Positions 27,642 to 28,644 of a stretch of DNA of 28,644 nucleotides are shown in pieces. This DNA comes from an uncultured delta proteobacterium (GTDB lineage: Bacteria; Desulfobacterota; Desulfobacteria; Desulfobacterales; Desulfatirhabdiaceae), in assembly GCA_963789395.1 (NCBI GenBank), contig CAWBKP010000008.1, positions 1 through 28,644 on the forward strand, read 5' to 3'. The position numbers and the translations under genes were made by a program. The number at the start of each line of letters is the position of its first letter. Position 1 is the first letter of the stretch. The notes under the pieces are model-generated. The model was not told the origin of the DNA. It worked only from the letters and a program-made list of their open reading frames with translations, and made no database searches.

Positions 27642-28028
27642 TTTGATATTCTCCACGTCGGGCATTGCCGATACTTGCGTCATGCGGCGCAACTCGCCGA
27701 TGTCTTGGTTGTCGCCCTGAACTCGGATAAATCGGTTCGGGCGCTCAGGGGCGAAGGCCGTCCCGTGCTGCCTCTGGAAGACCGCATCGAACTCGTCGCC
27801 GCAATGGAAGGTGTGGATTTTGTTACGTCCTTCGACGAGCCGAAAGTGACGAATTTGCTGCTCCTGCTCAAGCCCGACATTCACGCTAAGGGAACGGATT
27901 ACACGCGGGACAATGTGCCGGAAGTGGAGACCGTGCGTTCCTACGGCGGGCGCGTGGAAATCTGCGGCGACTCAAAAAGCCACAACACGACAGATATCAT
28001 CGGAAAAATATCCGCCAAACGGACGTAA
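27642..28028 (+). CDS. rfaE2: D-glycero-beta-D-manno-heptose 1-phosphate adenylyltransferase (RfaE domain II), N-terminus missing
   Basis: FDILHVGH..YL, LVVALNSDKSVR.LRG..RP, VDFV, KPDIHAKGTDY, TTDII; the expected upstream VFTNGC segment is absent. Confidence 0.8.
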   Translation, partial: FDILHVGHCRYLRHAAQLADVLVVALNSDKSVRALRGEGRPVLPLEDRIELVAAMEGVDFVTSFDEPKVTNLLLLLKPDIHAKGTDYTRDNVPEVETVRSYGGRVEICGDSKSHNTTDIIGKISAKRT

Positions 28029-28029
28029 C

Positions 28030-28202
28030 ATGGGACGAACCAGATCAAAGACATATTCCTGCGCTGTCCAGTGTGTCTGGGCGAACTGACAGATCATCCG
28101 GAAGAACGCGCCTTGGATTGCTCGCCTGCAAGCTGCGATTCACGGTGGACGGCGACGTCCGACCTCATGCCGACACAGGCCCTGGAATTGGAGAAGCCAT
28201 GA
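28030..28202 (+). CDS. Trm112/YcaR-like small zinc-binding protein (several indels)
   Basis: Pieced across frames: ..QIKDI.LRCPVCLGELTDHPEERALDC.ACKLRFTVDGDV..LMPTQALELEKP*; overlaps the kdsA start (ATGA). Confidence 0.65.
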
Positions 28203-28610
28203 ACAACGTCAGAATCGGCGACATCGAAATTGGAGAGGGCCGCCCGCTCGCCCGCATTGCGGGGCCGTGCGTCATCGAGGGCGAGGACATCGTGATGCAC
28301 ATCGCCGGAAAGCTGCGGAGGCTGACTGACAAACTTGGAGTGCCGTGGATTTTCAAAGCCAGTTTCGAGAAGGACAATCGAGGCAGCGCATCGGGATACA
28401 ACGGCCCGACGATGGAAGAAGGGCTTCGCATCCTGCAGAAGGTGAAGGACGAATTCGGCGCGCCGGTCATTTCCGACGTTCACCGGATCGAGCAGATCAA
28501 GCCTGCCGCTGAAGTCCTGGACATCCTCCAGATCCCGGCCTACCTGTGTCAGCAGACCTCGCTCCTTCTGGAGGTTGGACGTGCGGGCAAACCCGTCAAC
28601 GTCAAAAAGG
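28199..28610 (+). CDS. kdsA: 3-deoxy-8-phosphooctulonate (KDO8P) synthase family, partial
   Basis: My translation: MNNVRIGDIEIGEGRPLARIAGPCVIE...IFKASFEKDNRGS...GLRILQKVK..SDVH...LQIPAYLCQQTSLL....GKPVNVKK. It has no stop codon before the window end and is absent from the ORF track. Confidence 0.88.
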
Positions 28611-28644
28611 AGCAATACGCAACCGAACCAGTAGGCAACAGGAA
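28611..28644 (+). other. Degraded Oxford Nanopore ligation adapter (technical artefact)
   Basis: AGCAATACGcAACcGAACcAGTAggcaACAGGAA resembles the adapter reverse complement AGCAATACGTAACTGAACGAAGTACAGGAA; kdsA similarity breaks exactly here. Confidence 0.85.

Overview
Mostly housekeeping and metabolic chromosome of an anaerobe. Gene content (MvhD, RACo, sirC-ccsA-hemA, CBS-ACT) points to Desulfobacterota, which is an inference. In order: tRNA-Arg(CCT) and tRNA-Pro(GGG); a polar amino-acid ABC operon with an embedded D-cysteine desulfhydrase/cysteate sulfo-lyase-family gene; an AcuB-like CBS-ACT protein; an mvhD - DHH phosphoesterase - MBL hydrolase - sirC - ccsA - hemA run; fabD; a RACo/ASKHA ATPase lacking its Fe-S domain; proC; ccdA plus thioredoxin; a Nudix hydrolase; a ChaN lipoprotein; a two-gene inositol-3-phosphate synthase + TIM-barrel isomerase operon; ubiE; SEC-C-MetAP; an NlpC/P60 lipoprotein; and an acyl-CoA synthetase - DUF485 - ActP-like operon. 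Several genes carry single-base frameshifts, and the last 34 nt resemble an Oxford Nanopore adapter, so the frameshifts are probably sequencing errors. The final ~1 kb (truncated rfaE2, Trm112-like, variant kdsA) is probably a chimeric read from another genome. I saw no CRISPR array, phage or transposase. The best candidates for unexplored biology are the stand-alone MIPS/isomerase operon, the possible cysteate uptake/desulfonation operon, the orphan MvhD operon, the Fe-S-less RACo and intergenic 7-bp-periodic repeats. None is demonstrably a new system from sequence alone.
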